DNA of 64,000 nucleotides. Origin: Paraspadella gotoi. Taxonomy: Eukaryota > Animalia > Chaetognatha. The translations under genes were made by a program, and so were the position numbers. This document shows positions 1 through 15,200 of this stretch, piece by piece (position 1 is the first letter of the stretch; each line of letters starts with the position of its first letter). The notes below the pieces were generated by a model. The model worked only from the letters and a program-made list of their open reading frames with translations, searched no databases and was not told the origin of the DNA. The stretch is taken from positions 14,581,918-14,645,917 of the forward strand of contig CM119269.1 of NCBI GenBank assembly GCA_051294375.1, read 5' to 3'.

Positions 1-9
1 TTTTATTCA

Positions 10-385
10 CACATAGAAATATTTTAATATTTAATAATATATAAAAAATTATTAAAACTTTTTTCAATTTATATTTTTAAACGGTTTCTGATAAAGATTA
101 AAAAGTTAGATAAAGGTTAATGTTATAATTTTTAAGAATTTTAATTATAAATGAATAAAAAAGAAAAAAAAGGGAAAAAAATTTTATTTTCTTTATTCAG
201 TAAATTTAAGTTTTTATTAATTATTACAAACAAATCATTAAAATTTTAAAAAGTTTTTTTAAGTTTTATCTAACTTTTTAAGCTCTATCAGAATCCAATA
301 AAAAAATAAAATTGTAAATTTTTTTGGGTGATATTATATAGTAAATTGTATTATTTAAAATGTTTTCCATGCATTTAAATATAAT
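10..385. repeat. AT-rich fold-back/MITE-like palindrome (boundaries approximate)
   Basis: TTCTGATAAAGATTAAAAAGTTAGATAAA (~86-114) versus TTTATCTAACTTTTTAAGCTCTATCAGAA (~265-293), with weaker symmetry outward. Confidence 0.55.
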
Positions 386-1225
386 TGTTTTCTATTTTTA
401 TGATCATTTTAATAATATTTATACCGGACTACTGCTAGTTTGCAACCTGTTCCGCCTTAATATATAGGTAAGGAGGGGGTGGGGCTAAACAGGAAAAAGC
501 GAAAAGCGGCGTTGTCGGGAAGCGACGAAGGTCACTTTAATGTTTCGCCGATGAGTTTTACTGCCTCCTCGTCGCTACCTGTTTAAAAAAAAGTAAGTCT
601 CTCCTTGGGGAGTAGTTTTAAAAAATATTCGGGAAGTTGATTCGATTTTCAACATTTTTCCTCATGTTAAACCAAATCCTTAGCTGAAAATATAGTAGTT
701 TCATGGCTATTTTTCATATAGTATTGCATCGAGGATATTGATCACTTAATTGACTTTCAAGCTCTGAAAGTAAAAAAAAGTTTTTTTAAACCGTTTTAAT
801 TGCTCGAATCTGGCTTTTCTTCCTAATTTAAGGATCAAAGATGCAACAGGGATCATTGCCTGTCGCGATTTATAACAACCTCGTTGAAAAGAGATTAGAG
901 AAATGAAGTGCCCATTAATTTTTGAGGAAGATTCATCGCCATACCATTTTAAAATTCCGCTGGAGTTTAATGAGATTAGGTGGGGGGAACCCGAGACAAG
1001 AGAGCGAGGGAGGGAGAGAGACAGAAAGTTTGTTACCTTTGCTTGAAAAGGATCGCTTCATTTATGGATTTCGCACTTTCCTAATTATTCTTGGTAAATT
1101 AAATCACGGGACAAAAATGATTTTAAAAGTTGACGTATTACATTTGCCTCGGGCAAAACTGTGGGTCATTCATCTTTCCCCACTGCTCGGAATTGAAAAC
1201 CGTTCATCGACTTTGGAGTTGATGA

Positions 1226-1285
<60 letters not shown>

Positions 1286-4200
1286 CTCTCTCTCCCCTCA
1301 AGAAATCGCCTTCTTCATCGAACAACGTTACCGCCGCGCGCCGCCAGTTAGCCTCGCGGATTCCGTAGTAACACTTCCGGCTCTTTTCTTTTTCCTCATC
1401 GAATGAGCAGCATTCATATGCGCATACTAAACGGCGAAAAAACCCGCGCCGGGCTCGGGGTATTGTTGAACAGTGGCGCCGAACAACGGCTCCTTAGGCG
1501 CTTCGTCGCGGCTTCTGTGACTTGGCGTTTCCAAGGAAACTGGCGCGGTGCCTTGGCAAATAAATTTTCGCGCGTCTTCGCGTCTTTTTCTTTTGCTACA
1601 AAAAAGAGTGGGAAAAAAGACAGGAAAGGGAAAGGGGGGAGAACCAACCGGAAACAAGAATTACAGTCGATTTTAAAAAGCGAAATCTCTGGAGGAAGAG
1701 AGAGAAAGGGAGCAAAAAGAGGCAGACAAAGAGAAGAAAAAGAGATAGGACGAGACGAAATTAGAAGCGGACGGCGTGAAATCCGCGACCTACGTAACGT
1801 CCTTCGCTGAATCGTTGATGCCGACTCGTAGGCATTTCCTCATACGAGGGCAGATGAACGATAGAGGGGTGTAGAAGGGGGGCGCGGTCTTCGCCGTCAT
1901 CGCGCGTCAGATCCGACTATTCTCGCCAGATTCCTGATGATATCTTTCAGTTTCCCTTCTCTTCACCCCATCTTTCTCTCTCTTTCTGTGTCAGTTTCTT
2001 TTATGCCTCATTCTTTTTTCTTATTCCCTCATCCTACTGTTCTCTTCCTTCTTTTTTTTTTCTTCTTTTTTTTTCTTTTCCTCCTCTTTCCTTTCTTCAT
2101 CGATATCTCCCTCGTTTCTTCCCATTGCTTTCTCTTTTCAGTTCTTTTTTTTTCCTTCGGCTATCGCATCGTATTGGGTTTTGTCAGGCCACTCATGGCC
2201 GCTTTTCATTTTTTCTGTCGCTGGTTTATGAGTTGGTAACAAATATTTCGAGGTTAAGTCGTTTGTTCGTGTGTCGATGGTTCCTTTTTGAAAGCTACAT
2301 TTCAAGGAAAACAAAAGAAAAAGTGTTTAAAACTTTTTGTGCACAATCTTGCTTCGAAGAAATCGTTCGTTCGTGTTTTTTGCGCAATTTCGAAAGTGGT
2401 TATGCTTCTTGTCTCGCTTGTCATGGTTTGTTATGGTGCTCGCAAATGGCTCGAATTCTTTATCAGCTTGGGAAGTCATAGGGTGGTATTCTACGAGGAT
2501 ATCAAGTATTAATACATTAAAATTTGTATTAAAATTGGAAAAGTAGTTTATATACTTTACGCCTTGGCTTTAATCTATGTACATATATTCTATTGTAATT
2601 ACTAAACTAGTAACATGTCAAAATTGTATTAATGTTTTTCTCATTTTTCTTAATTATTTTTTTAAAAATCTTTCTTTATGCTAAATATTTGTAAAGCCTA
2701 TATTCTTATACTGATATGTAAGTTTGAACCTTAGCAATAAACTGAAAAAATGAAAGAAAAATATATCTCGATCAAACGTGTCAAATAATACATACTATAA
2801 ATTTGTCGTTAAAAGTTACTTTTTCCTTTTCAAAGATGGTAATGGTTTTGTGACGATGCTCTTGGCCGTTAAACATCGCATCCTTTCGATTTGTAACGTC
2901 GTGTACGTAAGGTTGAGCAAGAAAGAGGGAAAAAAAATTCAATGACGTCTTCTTCTATTGAGGCGCGATTGTTCCATTCCCCGCGTAAATGGGTTTTCTT
3001 TTGATCCGGAGGAGAAAGTAGGATTGCGCCCTCGAAGAGGAGGGGACAGATGGGGCAGCGTCTCCATATGAGGCGTCCCGAGTCAAGGCAAAGGGCTGAA
3101 CTCCCTCGTTGATGGAAAACGGATTCCTCGCTAAATCAAAATCGTCGATTTTTCGAGGTGATTCGATTTTCCTGTGCAGGCGACGAGGCGGAGGGGGCGA
3201 GGTGGTTGAGAAGTGAGTCTGTTTTCATCACGTCTTTTCTCTTCTCGCCGACGCCCCCGTCGTCCCAGTGGCGACTCGCTACAAGAAAAAAAAAAACGGT
3301 GTTCTTTCGACGACGCAATTTTCGATCGGCCCTCAACGACCCTCGAGTGTCCGACTCTATTTCCATCACACCCGTCGAAGCGCGGAGACTGAAGAGAGGA
3401 TTTTTACGAGATTGCCATTGGAGAGAATATGGATTCGGCCCCGTAATATATTTTTTAGGAATCCCGGAACTTGTAAATGGGGGGAACTCTCTGGCCTTGT
3501 CTGTATCTCCAGGGACTTGGGATTAAAATGGCCTCTCGCAGGTTGATGAGATTCGTGTTTGCCAAAAACAAAAAGGCAATAAAACATTCCCCCTCTCTTT
3601 TTGTTCTCGATTTCTCACTGACTAAAATATAAAGAGAAAACCGCATGCCCACGAATCCGTCATTGTTCACGTGCGCTTTTGTCTGCTATCAGCAAATATT
3701 TTATCCCCAAAACACCTTAGATTCGAATGGGGAAAAAAAAGACAACCCATTAATTCTCCTGTGCCCCCCCTCTCTTCTTTTCCTTTTGCCTTTTCTCTCC
3801 CCTTTCGTCGTTTCTTTTTTCCTCCCATTGCCTCTGTCTACGCTCCATTCATTGTGTATTCAGGTAAGTAACGCTTTTGAATTGACTGTCAAAAAAAATC
3901 GTCGTGGAAAGAATGAGATGCCCATCCAGGGTCTCTATTTTTTTCCCTCTGTGATACTATCACTATTACTATTAGCGTTAACGTCATAAAACAGAATGAA
4001 ATGATTGAGTGTCATTATTTAAATATTATTATTATTCTGAATTTTTAACGAATAAAATTGAGATAAAATAAAATAGAGTTGATTGTTGAACTTAAAAGCT
4101 CGGAAAAATAAAAGTATATAAAATTTTTATTGCTCATAATACAAAACAAATACACGATAATATATATATACTAATTTACTATTTCAAATTGAATGCCATT

Positions 4201-7019
4201 TGAAAAAATGACGCCTATAATTTGTTTCATTCTCTATTCCTTTTCTTTCGCCTATGTTTTTTCCCCACATTTTCAAACTTGTGAGAATTTTAACGCCTTC
4301 CTATGAAAAGAAGGATCCCACGATTCTGACCCTCTATGGGGTGGGAGGATTGCACCACCACCAGCCATGTCGATGCCCGTAAAGTCGAACGAATTATCAA
4401 CCCCACGCGCGAGTCTGGCTCGCTCTCTCTTTGTATCGGGGTTCGTGCCGGGTTTGCCGAATGGACCGCGGTGAAGGGGTTGGGTAGAATATCGTAAAAT
4501 TCTTACGCACATCGACAACTCATCAAAAGCTAAATATAGCAAAATCGTTAATCCGAAGGACAAGTTTTATCCCGATGCCTTTCCCAGTTCGACGACGGTT
4601 TGCGTCCTCCGTTTTCCTCGTTCCGTTCGCGCCTTTTACTCGAAATGTTGAGAAAGATGAATTGTCAAATATAGCGAGCGTCGCTTAATTTTGAGTCGGA
4701 TATTTTACGTCTTCCGCTCTCTTCTTCGATATTCCATTCACGCCTCGCGACGATCAATTTTCGCGTCTCCTTTTTGCGCATTTCCCCCCCCTGCTTCCCT
4801 CCTCACTTCCTTCTCTCCATGCTTTTTATATAATAATTCTCTATTCTGCCCTTTTCTTCCTGCTTTGAAAACAGTTTCTATTCTTTACGTTTTTGTTATA
4901 CACAAAAATTATTTAGTATGTTCGTTTTTTTATCCATTATAATCTATTTTTGCTGATTTTGTTCTTGAAATCCTTTTAAAACCTAATATTTCAATGGTTA
5001 ACTCTGACCATTTCTTAAAGTGCTCTTAATACTTTTTTATCTCTTAGTGAATATAACATTTTCAATTTTTATGTTAATTTTAAACCCGCTTTATATTCGT
5101 ACTCTCCATACCTCTCACACATCCTCTGTTTACTCGAATGGATAGAACTGTCATTACTGTCGTGCGCGAGTTTTTTTTTCTTTGAAATTTTGGATATATA
5201 TTTCACATCCCGCTTTTCGTTGAACCCGCCTTGTCATTGTCGATCGTATATTTTCAACATGTAGTGTTATTAAAATCGTCGTTTTGTGGAACAAATTATA
5301 TTTATACTAAATACGTATATATAACTTTATAAGCTTTTTTGATGTCAAGATATCTCAAAATTATTTGTTGAGTTTTTTCGTATAAAAAAAGTAGTACTTC
5401 GATCACACACTGAAGAATGAGTTTTTCCATACTAAAGCTTAACCACTTTTGTTAACAACTTATTTCACTGGTTGACAAATAATTTCAGTTCGATTTTGAG
5501 AAACTGAAAACAACAAAACGAAGTAGAAGTGATGCATCTATAATGAAGACCTAGTTTTGTTTTTTTCTTCTCCGCGTAAGCGAAAACGGTATCGTTATTC
5601 CAATTCCGTTTTCCAATTTGTTTTACGGCGAAATTTCCGTCTTTCAATGAAAACTCAACGGAGGCGTGAAGCGTGAAAGAGAAGGCGCCTGCCGAGGAAT
5701 TGCGCAAGCGCGCTCGCCTTTTTTCCCTTCCTTTCTTCGTTTTCGATGAATGGAAAAAAAAGAAGAATTTCTTCCTTTCTTTTTCTTCCCCCCGTTTTTT
5801 CTTTATAATGATATTTGGCATACCGTGCATAAAAACTACCAATCTCCGTTGAAACAGGCTGGAAGAATATGAGAGTAGTAAAGGTTGATCGAGAGACAAA
5901 TCGTGTTTTGTTGTCGTCGTTGTCGTTGTCGTTTTTTTTAACGAGGTATCCAAGGAACGATATTTTTATTTTAAATTTTTTTTTTCAAGTATTTATTTAT
6001 TTATTATATCTAACTAATAAGATAAATTTGTATTCTTACACAAAAAGTTAAGACTCGAACCGGCCGAGCGACGCTTGCGCGGACAGCAATTTCAACGCTC
6101 ACACGCGACACAGAAAAACCACTAGGGACGAAGTCTGAATCCCAGACGTGTTCTTGTTACGACTCGCCGCTTTTTGCGCGAGGCGCGACGGTCATCGTTA
6201 TCGAAAACTCCGTCGAATAATTTTCCCTTGATTTATGACCTCAATAAATTTTCCCAACTTTTTTTTATTCATCGTCTACTCTTCTTCACCTCCCTTACTT
6301 GCGATCTGAAAACTCAGAATTTCGGAGATTTCTCGATTTATCCGAAAATACGGTTTCTATTTTTAGGTCGAATCCGAATCGAGTAGTGAGTAATCTCGTG
6401 AAAATTGCTAATTCTCCTCAAAATATATTTTATAATAGATAGGGGGGAAAATGAAGTAAATTAAGTTATATTAAAACGTTTTCCTCATTGCACTTTTCAA
6501 CGGCAGATATAATTCTCAGTACAGGACTATAGGTAAACCCTTAGTCCTAAAAACCTTTCTCTCCTCACCTTCGAACCCATTAATCAAAAATTGTAAGACG
6601 AAGCTCGAAGCCTTTTTTTTTTTCCTTTTTTGATTCCCGCCCGTGCCCTTCATCTCGAACTCCCCCTTTCGAACCTGATTGAACATAAAAACCTCCGCTG
6701 ACCGCCGTCGAGGTTCGAAAGAAGTGATTAAAAGTATAAACGACCTCGTCGGGTTTGACCCAGTTACAGCGGAAAGCCTCGAAGAGATGTTGAGAGAAAG
6801 AAAGAGAGAGAGCGGGCTTGTTCGAGACTGAAAAGAAAAAGCGCTAGAGAGCCAGTGGCAGCGCCAGCGACTGCCAGAATGATAAGCAGCCATTTAATCC
6901 TTGTGGCTCTGTCGATCCGTCATACTAAAAAAAAGGGGAGAATGGAATGATCTTGAAACGCTTTAAAGCGTAATGCCGATGAGTCAATGAACGCAATCCT
7001 CATTGGGCTTTTGTTGCGT

Positions 7020-7149
<130 letters not shown>

Positions 7150-8413
7150 CTCGTCCGATCCTCGTTCCTCACCCCATCCGTCTTCTTACAGTCTGACGAG
7201 TCCGGGGAAAGAAGCGCCGCGCCGGGGAGAGAGACTTCGCTCGATATTAAATTGAAAAAAAAAATCCTTCTCTGAGAATATCTCTTGGATTTTTACTACT
7301 GCGAAGACTTCGAGTCAGTTTTTAAAATTAATTTTTCAAACTTCATGTGTCGACCTTGTAGTTTCTCTTTTACTTTTTAGCGCTAATCCTTAGATTTGAT
7401 GATGAGTATAAAAGTTATTAAGTAACCTTGAAAAACCCTTCGTTACGTACCATATTTTTAATATCCCCGATAAATTTTTTTTTAAATATATACTACACGG
7501 AAAAAAATTTAAATTTCTTCGACGCCATTACTCTCGACGCTTGTAGACGCCAGTGGCATTTACACGCACGCTTTGTCTTCGCGCACCAGGGCTTTCACAC
7601 GCTGAGTCGGACAAAGAAAGAGCTTCTGACAAATCGCACTCTAGCGATTTTTCAAACCTTTTAGTTTCCGGAGTACAATCTTCTCGCGGTTTTTCAACTT
7701 TTGTCTCAATATATTCAGATGGTTGACTTGCTAATTTTTAGATTACATAATTTAAAGTCCTTACAGAATTATGAATAATAATGTAGCCTTGCGTAGTTTT
7801 TTTCGCTACATATTGTAGGTATGTCGACCGTTCGATCGAACTGCCCGAGTTCATCCCACATTCAGTCTCCAAGCGCCGACGCCACCGGCGGGCGCAAATT
7901 CGTCCCACGCGCCTTTTCGAGACCCGAAAATCGCGATTCAAATTTCCAGTCGATAGACGGAGGATGATAAACGAGGCTCCGTCTCCGATCGACCATCTCC
8001 GCCTTCCTCTCTCACCTTCGCTTAAATCTCTCGCTTCTCTCTTTTCGACCTAAATGCAGAAAGTCTTTTGTATTAACCCGTTCTGACGGAGAAGCGAGTC
8101 TGAAGAGGAAGAGTGTGAAGACGAGGAAAGACAAAAAAAAGACTTGAGCGCGAAAGAATAGAAGAAATAGGAGAGAGAGAAAAGAAAGGCGTGGATGTAC
8201 CTAAGAGAAGGAAAAAATAGGAGGAGGGAGAAAAACAAGGAGTAAGATAGAGTCGGGGAAGAGAAAAAGAGAGAGAGAAGCATGAAGCAGAGTGCACACG
8301 AGCGAGGAAGATTTACAGCGTGTCGTTTAAAAATCTGTCCAGCGAGAAAGGAGTCTTTCATGTTTTTACGATTATGCGACTCATTTTATGTTTTTATATT
8401 TTTTCCGTTGCAG

Positions 8414-11400
8414 AAAGTCACGACTGGCTGGGATACTGGGGTAAACACATGAGGGCGACCGGATTCAGAACCGTGAAAGATTATCAAAAGGTAAGGAATG
8501 GCGGGAAAAGTTCGAGGGGCTAATGTAGGGAAAAAAAATTTTTAATGCTAAAATTGACTGGAGGAGGAGATTTGTGAGATTTTATTCGGATTGCGTGGTG
8601 CAATGAAACTAGGAAATGGGGAAGGAAAATTACGGTAATAAAGATCAATGTTTAAAAATCAAAAGAAAGCTATCCAAATAGATTACAGAATGACAAAAAA
8701 AGATGGCCAGTTTCTCGTGAAAATGTTTTAAGAAAAAAGGCTATTTTTTAAAAAAAATAATGTTAAAATCTCGCTGACGTTCCTCATCAGTCATCGACAA
8801 ACTGGCCCATTTAAGATGAAAGCTTCATGAAAAATGGGTTTTTCTACCCTTCCTGGTAGCAATGTCCGCAGGTTTTCGAACGGGAACGCCAGTTTTTTCC
8901 CTATATTTTCTTATTTCCGTTTTCCTATTTTCTTTTGAGCTGAACAACAAAGGGAAAAATTTTTCTAAAGTAATGGGAAATTTTTTTCAAAATTTTGTTA
9001 TTTGAGAAAAAAAAAGTATTAAAATTTACGGGACGTAGCTTCGGTGAAGGGAACAAGCAAATGCTTGGCGATTGCGAAAAGAAATTCGCGCATGAAAATA
9101 GAAACGACTCGAACGAGCTTCCCATAAAATCGATGACGAGCGCGAACCTATTTCTCGTCGCGGAAATATGTTTTCGCAATTAAGATTTACAAACTATCGT
9201 TCGACGCTTAATTACCGGGGTTTTTATTTTCATCCTTTCCTCCTCTTTTCCTCTCTTTTTTCTAACTTCTCTTCTTTTCGCCGCAGGTCAATCATTTTCC
9301 TGGATCATTTCAAATCGGAAGAAAAGATCGGCTCTGGAAAAATATGCTCCACATGCAGCAAAAATTCAGTGAGTACGGATACAGCGAGAAAGTGAGCTTC
9401 TAGCCAGATTTTTAAGAGACTATGATCTCGTTGACCCCGGGAACTCGGCCAATTCGAATCCAGGGGGGGGCCGTTGTTTTTTTATACAATATATATATAT
9501 ATATCTTGTATGTTTTAGTCTCGTTACCCAATACCCATTTATAGTCATCTGCCGGAAGCCTTGGTTGGTACATCTACTGGAAAAAAAAATTAAGTACTCC
9601 GTCGAGAAATATCTGTCTCATTCCTTTCTCTTTTCATTTGTACGAGTTGAGCGGAGACCGAACATCCATTCCGTTCACTCCATTTCTTTAAAAATTTTCA
9701 TTCTTTATTGAGTTTTTTCTTCGCTCAATTCACCCTCTTCCTCATCCATCTTTCTTCCCTACCTTTCTCGCTCATTCCCTTGAAGTATATCACTCATCAA
9801 TTTTGCCTTCGTTTTTTTTTTTCTGTTTTTTTTCCCCGGCGCTCTTCTCGAGATCTCCTTTGTCCTTTTGTTCTGTTTTTCTCCTTTTTTTTTCGCCCCT
9901 ATTTGTTTTTTGGCTCGTTCTCGTTCTATCCTATTTTCTTTGCTGCTCTTTTTATTCTCTTTTTTTTTTATAATGAATGTTCTCTCTATTTTTCATCTTC
10001 GATCTCTACCCTACTTCTTCTTTTTCCTCTCATCAACTTCCGTTTTCTCCCCTCATTTCTCCTTCCATTCAATTCTTCCTCTTTAGCAATCATTTCCTTT
10101 TCTAATTCATATCCACTTTTCTCTGATCCATCTTTCCAAAACGCCTCGCGTCATCCCCCCCAACTTCCCTTTCCTCATTTTCTTCCATTCCTCCGCTCGA
10201 TTTTCCCTCTAGATTTTTTTCCCTCAACTCAATTTATTGATCTTTGGCCTCCATTTGGCGGCGACGCCTCTCCTCGAGAGGGACTTAACCTCTCTCCCTA
10301 GCGTGGAGAGAGCGAGCCACGTTTATGACGAACTTTGTCGCCAGCGCAACTCTCATTTCCACACTCTCTGTCCCCTTTTTCGACCGTGGCCAAGGGCGAG
10401 AGGAGAAACTTGTTTTCCTAAAAAATAAAAAAAATTCTCGTTGGCTTTTTCTTTCTTTGTTGCCTTTTTCTCTCTCCCTCTCTTTTGGCATCGCAGGCGC
10501 CTTTGATAGTCGGGTCGTGCACGGGACGAAGAATGCGGACAAATCGTCGCCTCCAGAACCGGATCTCGCTCTCCCTCTTTTCCCTTTTCTCTCCCTTCTT
10601 CCCCGCCTCCCTCCTTCTTCGGCTTTCAACGCTCGTGGCCATGTACTCGATCTACTACTCTCTTTCAATGCCTTTCTAAACAAATCGCTTTAGGCCATAA
10701 CCCAATATCCTTTTTCTCTTTGGTCCTAAATCCCTATTCTTGCTTCTTTTTCTCTCGGTCGGTTGGGGCATTTAGTATCTATTAGTATTACCCTTTCCTC
10801 TTTTATCTAATTATCATAGCCCCGATGTCCCTGCGGTCATTGACCGCGCGCGTCATAGACGCGCGCTGACCCGATCCCGCTTAATCGACTGGTTACGCCA
10901 GTAACGTTGCACCGTTATTTTTTTTTCCTTTCTGGGGTCAAGTTTTTCCGTTAAACCTTAAGACGGCTCCACCTCCTTTTCCCCACCCTTTAAATCAGAG
11001 ACACTCTGGCGCTCTTTCTATCACGCTCTCTTTTTCAACGCCTTGTTTGGTTTTCTTCCTCAGCCTCATTTGTTTTACGTCGTACCCTTTGCCTTGAGCT
11101 TCTATTTTTTTTCTCTTCGTATCACCTCGTCCTTTCGCTCTACTGTTTCACTCTCCTAAAATTTCCTTTTCTTTTAGTTCAAACGTAGGCCCGGGGTTTT
11201 TCAATTTCATTGTAACCCTAGTTGAAACAAACGATTTTTCGTGTTAATAAGTTATCGTAAACAATGTTTCCCTGTCCGTGAAAGCGAGGAACATGTTGCC
11301 GAAGGAATCGTCGTTATTTCTGCAGATTTGCATTCTATTTTTTCCTTCCTTCTTGAGGCCTAATTATTGCCAACGTCATTAGGTCTTTTTGGTACGAATT

Positions 11401-12178
11401 TGGATATGAAAATCAGGTAGGCGTGGCGCATAAAATAACGATTTTGGGTGACGATAGTGTTGAGATGGAAATAAAAAATATTTCGATGTATTCTGCAAAA
11501 GATACTTAAGAAAGATGATTATGTATCTTCGTAAAACTGAAAATCTATCTAATATAGTAAATAGTGAAGAGACAGTAATAATTGTTATTATTTAGTGACA
11601 GAACCGTTCAAATTAAACAGGCTGCAACATCGTGTTACAGGCGGGTTAAGCGCCCCGTACCCCTTAACTGCTTGGCGACCACCGGACTGGAACCCGGGAC
11701 CTTTGGTTGGGAGGCAAATGACTTGCCTCCTGCACCAATGGCCGCTAATGAACGGTTGGCGGATTTTAGTCCACCATAATAGTTTTTTATTCGTGGAAAC
11801 TGCCTGCAAATGGTGATAGCACTTGGCGCTTAGAAGGCCCAAGTTCAATAGTTTCGCAAAGTTTGATTGGAAAACAAATCCCCACAACGCAGGGACCTTT
11901 CAAACAGGATAACGAATGACCGAAAGATCGAGGCTTCAAGCGCCTTATCTTTCGAAAGAGCGACCAAGGGCAAGGCGACGATGTTGCTTGGGCCATGACC
12001 GGCTGATCAGTCGGGGACTATCGCAGCACCTTTTGTTTTTTTCGCCTGATGAGGCGACTGCGATGAAAAGCTTTGGGCCGAGCTTGGAAAGAACGAAGAT
12101 GTGGCCATTTTGTTACGAAAAAAAAAGAATCGTTTGAAGAGTTGAAAGCGAGAGATGTGAAGATGGAGAAAATGGAAG

Positions 12179-12238
<60 letters not shown>

Positions 12239-15200
12239 GGGGGAAGGATACCATAGAATGGATTAAGGCGCAGCAACAATGGAAGCAAAATGAGAAGGGG
12301 ATTATGAAAGCGACAAGCGAAAAAGTGGCCAATGCGCCAGAGCATTTAACGAAAAGAATCAGGCCAAAATATTTATAAGCCAGGATAGCAAAGTTACCTC
12401 ATTAAGTTTGTATGTATAGTATGTTTGTATGTATAGTTGTATAGTATATATATACATTATACAGATTATACAGTCTTGTCATTTCGTGATGCTATTACTA
12501 GATATAGACATTTATAACGATTTTATATTTGCAATTGTATGGATTCAAGGAGATAGTTTTTCACTCATCATTAAAGTTATACTTATAGTCAATAGTTGGC
12601 GAGAGTTTAAAAGTATAAGAAGCATCGATAATTCTTGGCAAGCTGGAAACGGTTATCAATCACAGGTGTTTTTCCTCTGGGGCGGAACGAATAATTTCCT
12701 CTCTCATCGTGACTCGGCCAATATGAGACCGCTTGCGATGTGAGGGCATCTGCGTAAAAGATTATGTACCGTGACGCAGCTCAGTCACAACATAGATCAG
12801 CAGGGGCAGATGCTTCAAATTGTCATTGACATTGGTCGGTCGTTTTCATTCCTTATTTTCTTTTTCCTCTATTTCTTTTTTAAGAATTATTGTAACGGCA
12901 TGCTTTCATGTTATTTTTCTTTAGTTTAGTTTATCATTTTGAGTTGTGTGAATATCCAAATAAAAGACTCGTTTTAGAAATATGTATAAAAAAATAAATG
13001 TATAAATGTGGTGACAGGACTTCGGGGCAAGACTCACCACTACTCCGGAAATGTATAAATGTATAAAAAAATTCCCTGCTGTCGGATTCCTGAGGGAAGC
13101 CTTCTCTCTGATTGGTCAATCAGAAGAAAATACGGAAAAATCAAGAGAGGCAAACCATTTGGTCTATAAGATCCATTTCCTGCGATGTAATTAGTAAGTC
13201 ACAAAATTATATAGGTTTTATCCCGCATTTGTAAAACAAAGACAAGGATGAACAATCCGTGATGAGAGGGCAAAAAAAGTGGTGTTCGCCCTTCTCATTC
13301 CGGCTAAGTTCCTATCTCATTAAGTGGAAAAGGAAAAGGAAGGCAAAAGAATTGGGAGCTTAAAAGGGTCAATTGAACGCTTGTGTCGTCTACCTCATCG
13401 GCCTAAATACGATTGTCATTTATTATCATGGTCACTGGTCAGTTCGGTGACAGCCTTATTTTTATGCTAAAAAACTTGTATCTATGCTTTGTATTATAAA
13501 ACTGAATTTTAAGATTTACTGTCTTTCTTTCCGTTAAACTCAAACTGTTGAATAAATGAGAACGATAAAAATCATTCTATATATAAATTAATGCTATTAA
13601 ATCTCTTCAATTTCACTCAACTATATAGTGAGGTATAAAATATGGCTTATCAACTTTATGAATTAAGTAACATTATTGTTATAATGTATAACCGTGGCGT
13701 ATAGCTCATTTCGTTTAAATAAAATTTTGCGGAAGGATTTTTTTCTCTGAATCTCGGTATGGTCGAATCCATAAACCAGACGGATTGTTTACTGGAAAAC
13801 AGAATTGATCCCTTAAGTTGTAACATATCACCTTTTTTTTCGGCGAAAAACTTTCGGTTACTAACTCAAAAGGTGGCTTTGATCGCCCCCCTCCCTTTTC
13901 CTCATTTCCGGACCGGGGGGAATAAAACCTCGCCCCAATTTTTTTCGCCTCTGGCTAATCCTGTTTCTTCCGCGCCCCTCACCTCGCCCCCCCCCCCCGA
14001 TTCCTCGTTCCTTTAAAATCGGAAAGGGATTTGGTTTGGGTTTGGAAAAAGCCTCGGCGCGAGAAGCGATACTTCGTTAGCATCGAAAACCGTTTTTGCC
14101 CCTCGACTGATTTAACGTTATTTTCTTTTCGCTTAAACACTTTTTTCTGCGACGTGACACGCTCATAAAAGTTAACTACGAAAAATCGATGCAAAACGAA
14201 TCGGAAAAGAGAGGTTTGGGGGTTCGTTCCGATCCATGGCTCCCCAACTCCTCTATTTCCCTCGCACGTGGGGGCTGCCCCCTGTGGGAAATTGAGAAAA
14301 ACAAAAGCCAAAGTTTTTTTTTGTTTCCTCTTCGCCGACGAAAGACTCCTCGGCCTCGTTTTCCGGTCGCTGGGCGCGCGCTTCGAACCGATGCCCGGCC
14401 CTCGTCGGCAATTACGTCGACTCCGAGTCATTTTTTCGACGCTGCCGACGACGACGCCGCCGCATCTTCGTTTCCGTCGAAACGACGTGACCTCGATCTA
14501 TATTTGGCGTTATTGCCCGAACGCGGTTTCGCCTTACGAATTTCGTCGAGGGACCCGTTCTTCGATTCCCCCGTGAGCCGACAAATTGCCGGCAAAAACA
14601 GTTTTTTTGTTAGGGAGGGGTAAGGGTGGTGCAAGAGAGCAAACATAAGGCGCCCATTGGAAAGGAATTTCGAGACAAAGTCCCCATAAATTACCCAGGG
14701 TGCTCCTTTTACCGCTCTTTCTTTAAACCGTCGGAACCGTGACTCGATTCTTTTTCTTTTCCGCAAGAAAGCTCAAGAATAGTAGCTTCAGGTATAACTA
14801 TTGCAACATTTTAGCTTTAATATTCAGAGAATGAATAAAAGATGAAATAAATTTCAAAATTATACATAGAAATAATTTTGGAAAGAGAAAGTGAAAAATC
14901 TCGAAAACTAAATGAAACCTACAAAAATTATTTAAATTTCCCATTGAATTATCGTCATAAAAAATTATGTCAATTTTTAATTTTGCTTTTGTCCAGTCTG
15001 ATAATTAATCAGAGCAAAAAAAGTAGGGCATGTCTAAACGGGAACGTTTGCGCAATGAACGTCGCGTATTTCACGCTCGTTTGGTCAAAATTTGTCTACG
15101 TTGACGCCGTCGCCCGTCGCCGCCCTTACGCGTCCTCTCAATTGGCCAAATGCCCTCCCCCTCGTCTTCTCCTGTCGGCGAGTTCTCTCAATGGCGACTA

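Noticed and set aside
9708-10301. Long Phe/Leu/Ser-rich ORFs that look like membrane proteins (also 16303-17046, 1937-2239)
   Set aside because: Pyrimidine-rich intronic or UTR sequence lacks stops by composition; no motifs or splice support.
11670-11745. Functional tRNA-Gly gene or tRNA-derived SINE
   Set aside because: Lies inside an LTR with fixed ends and a 4-bp TSD, has no A-rich tail, and has a mismatched anticodon stem; better explained as a TRIM cassette.
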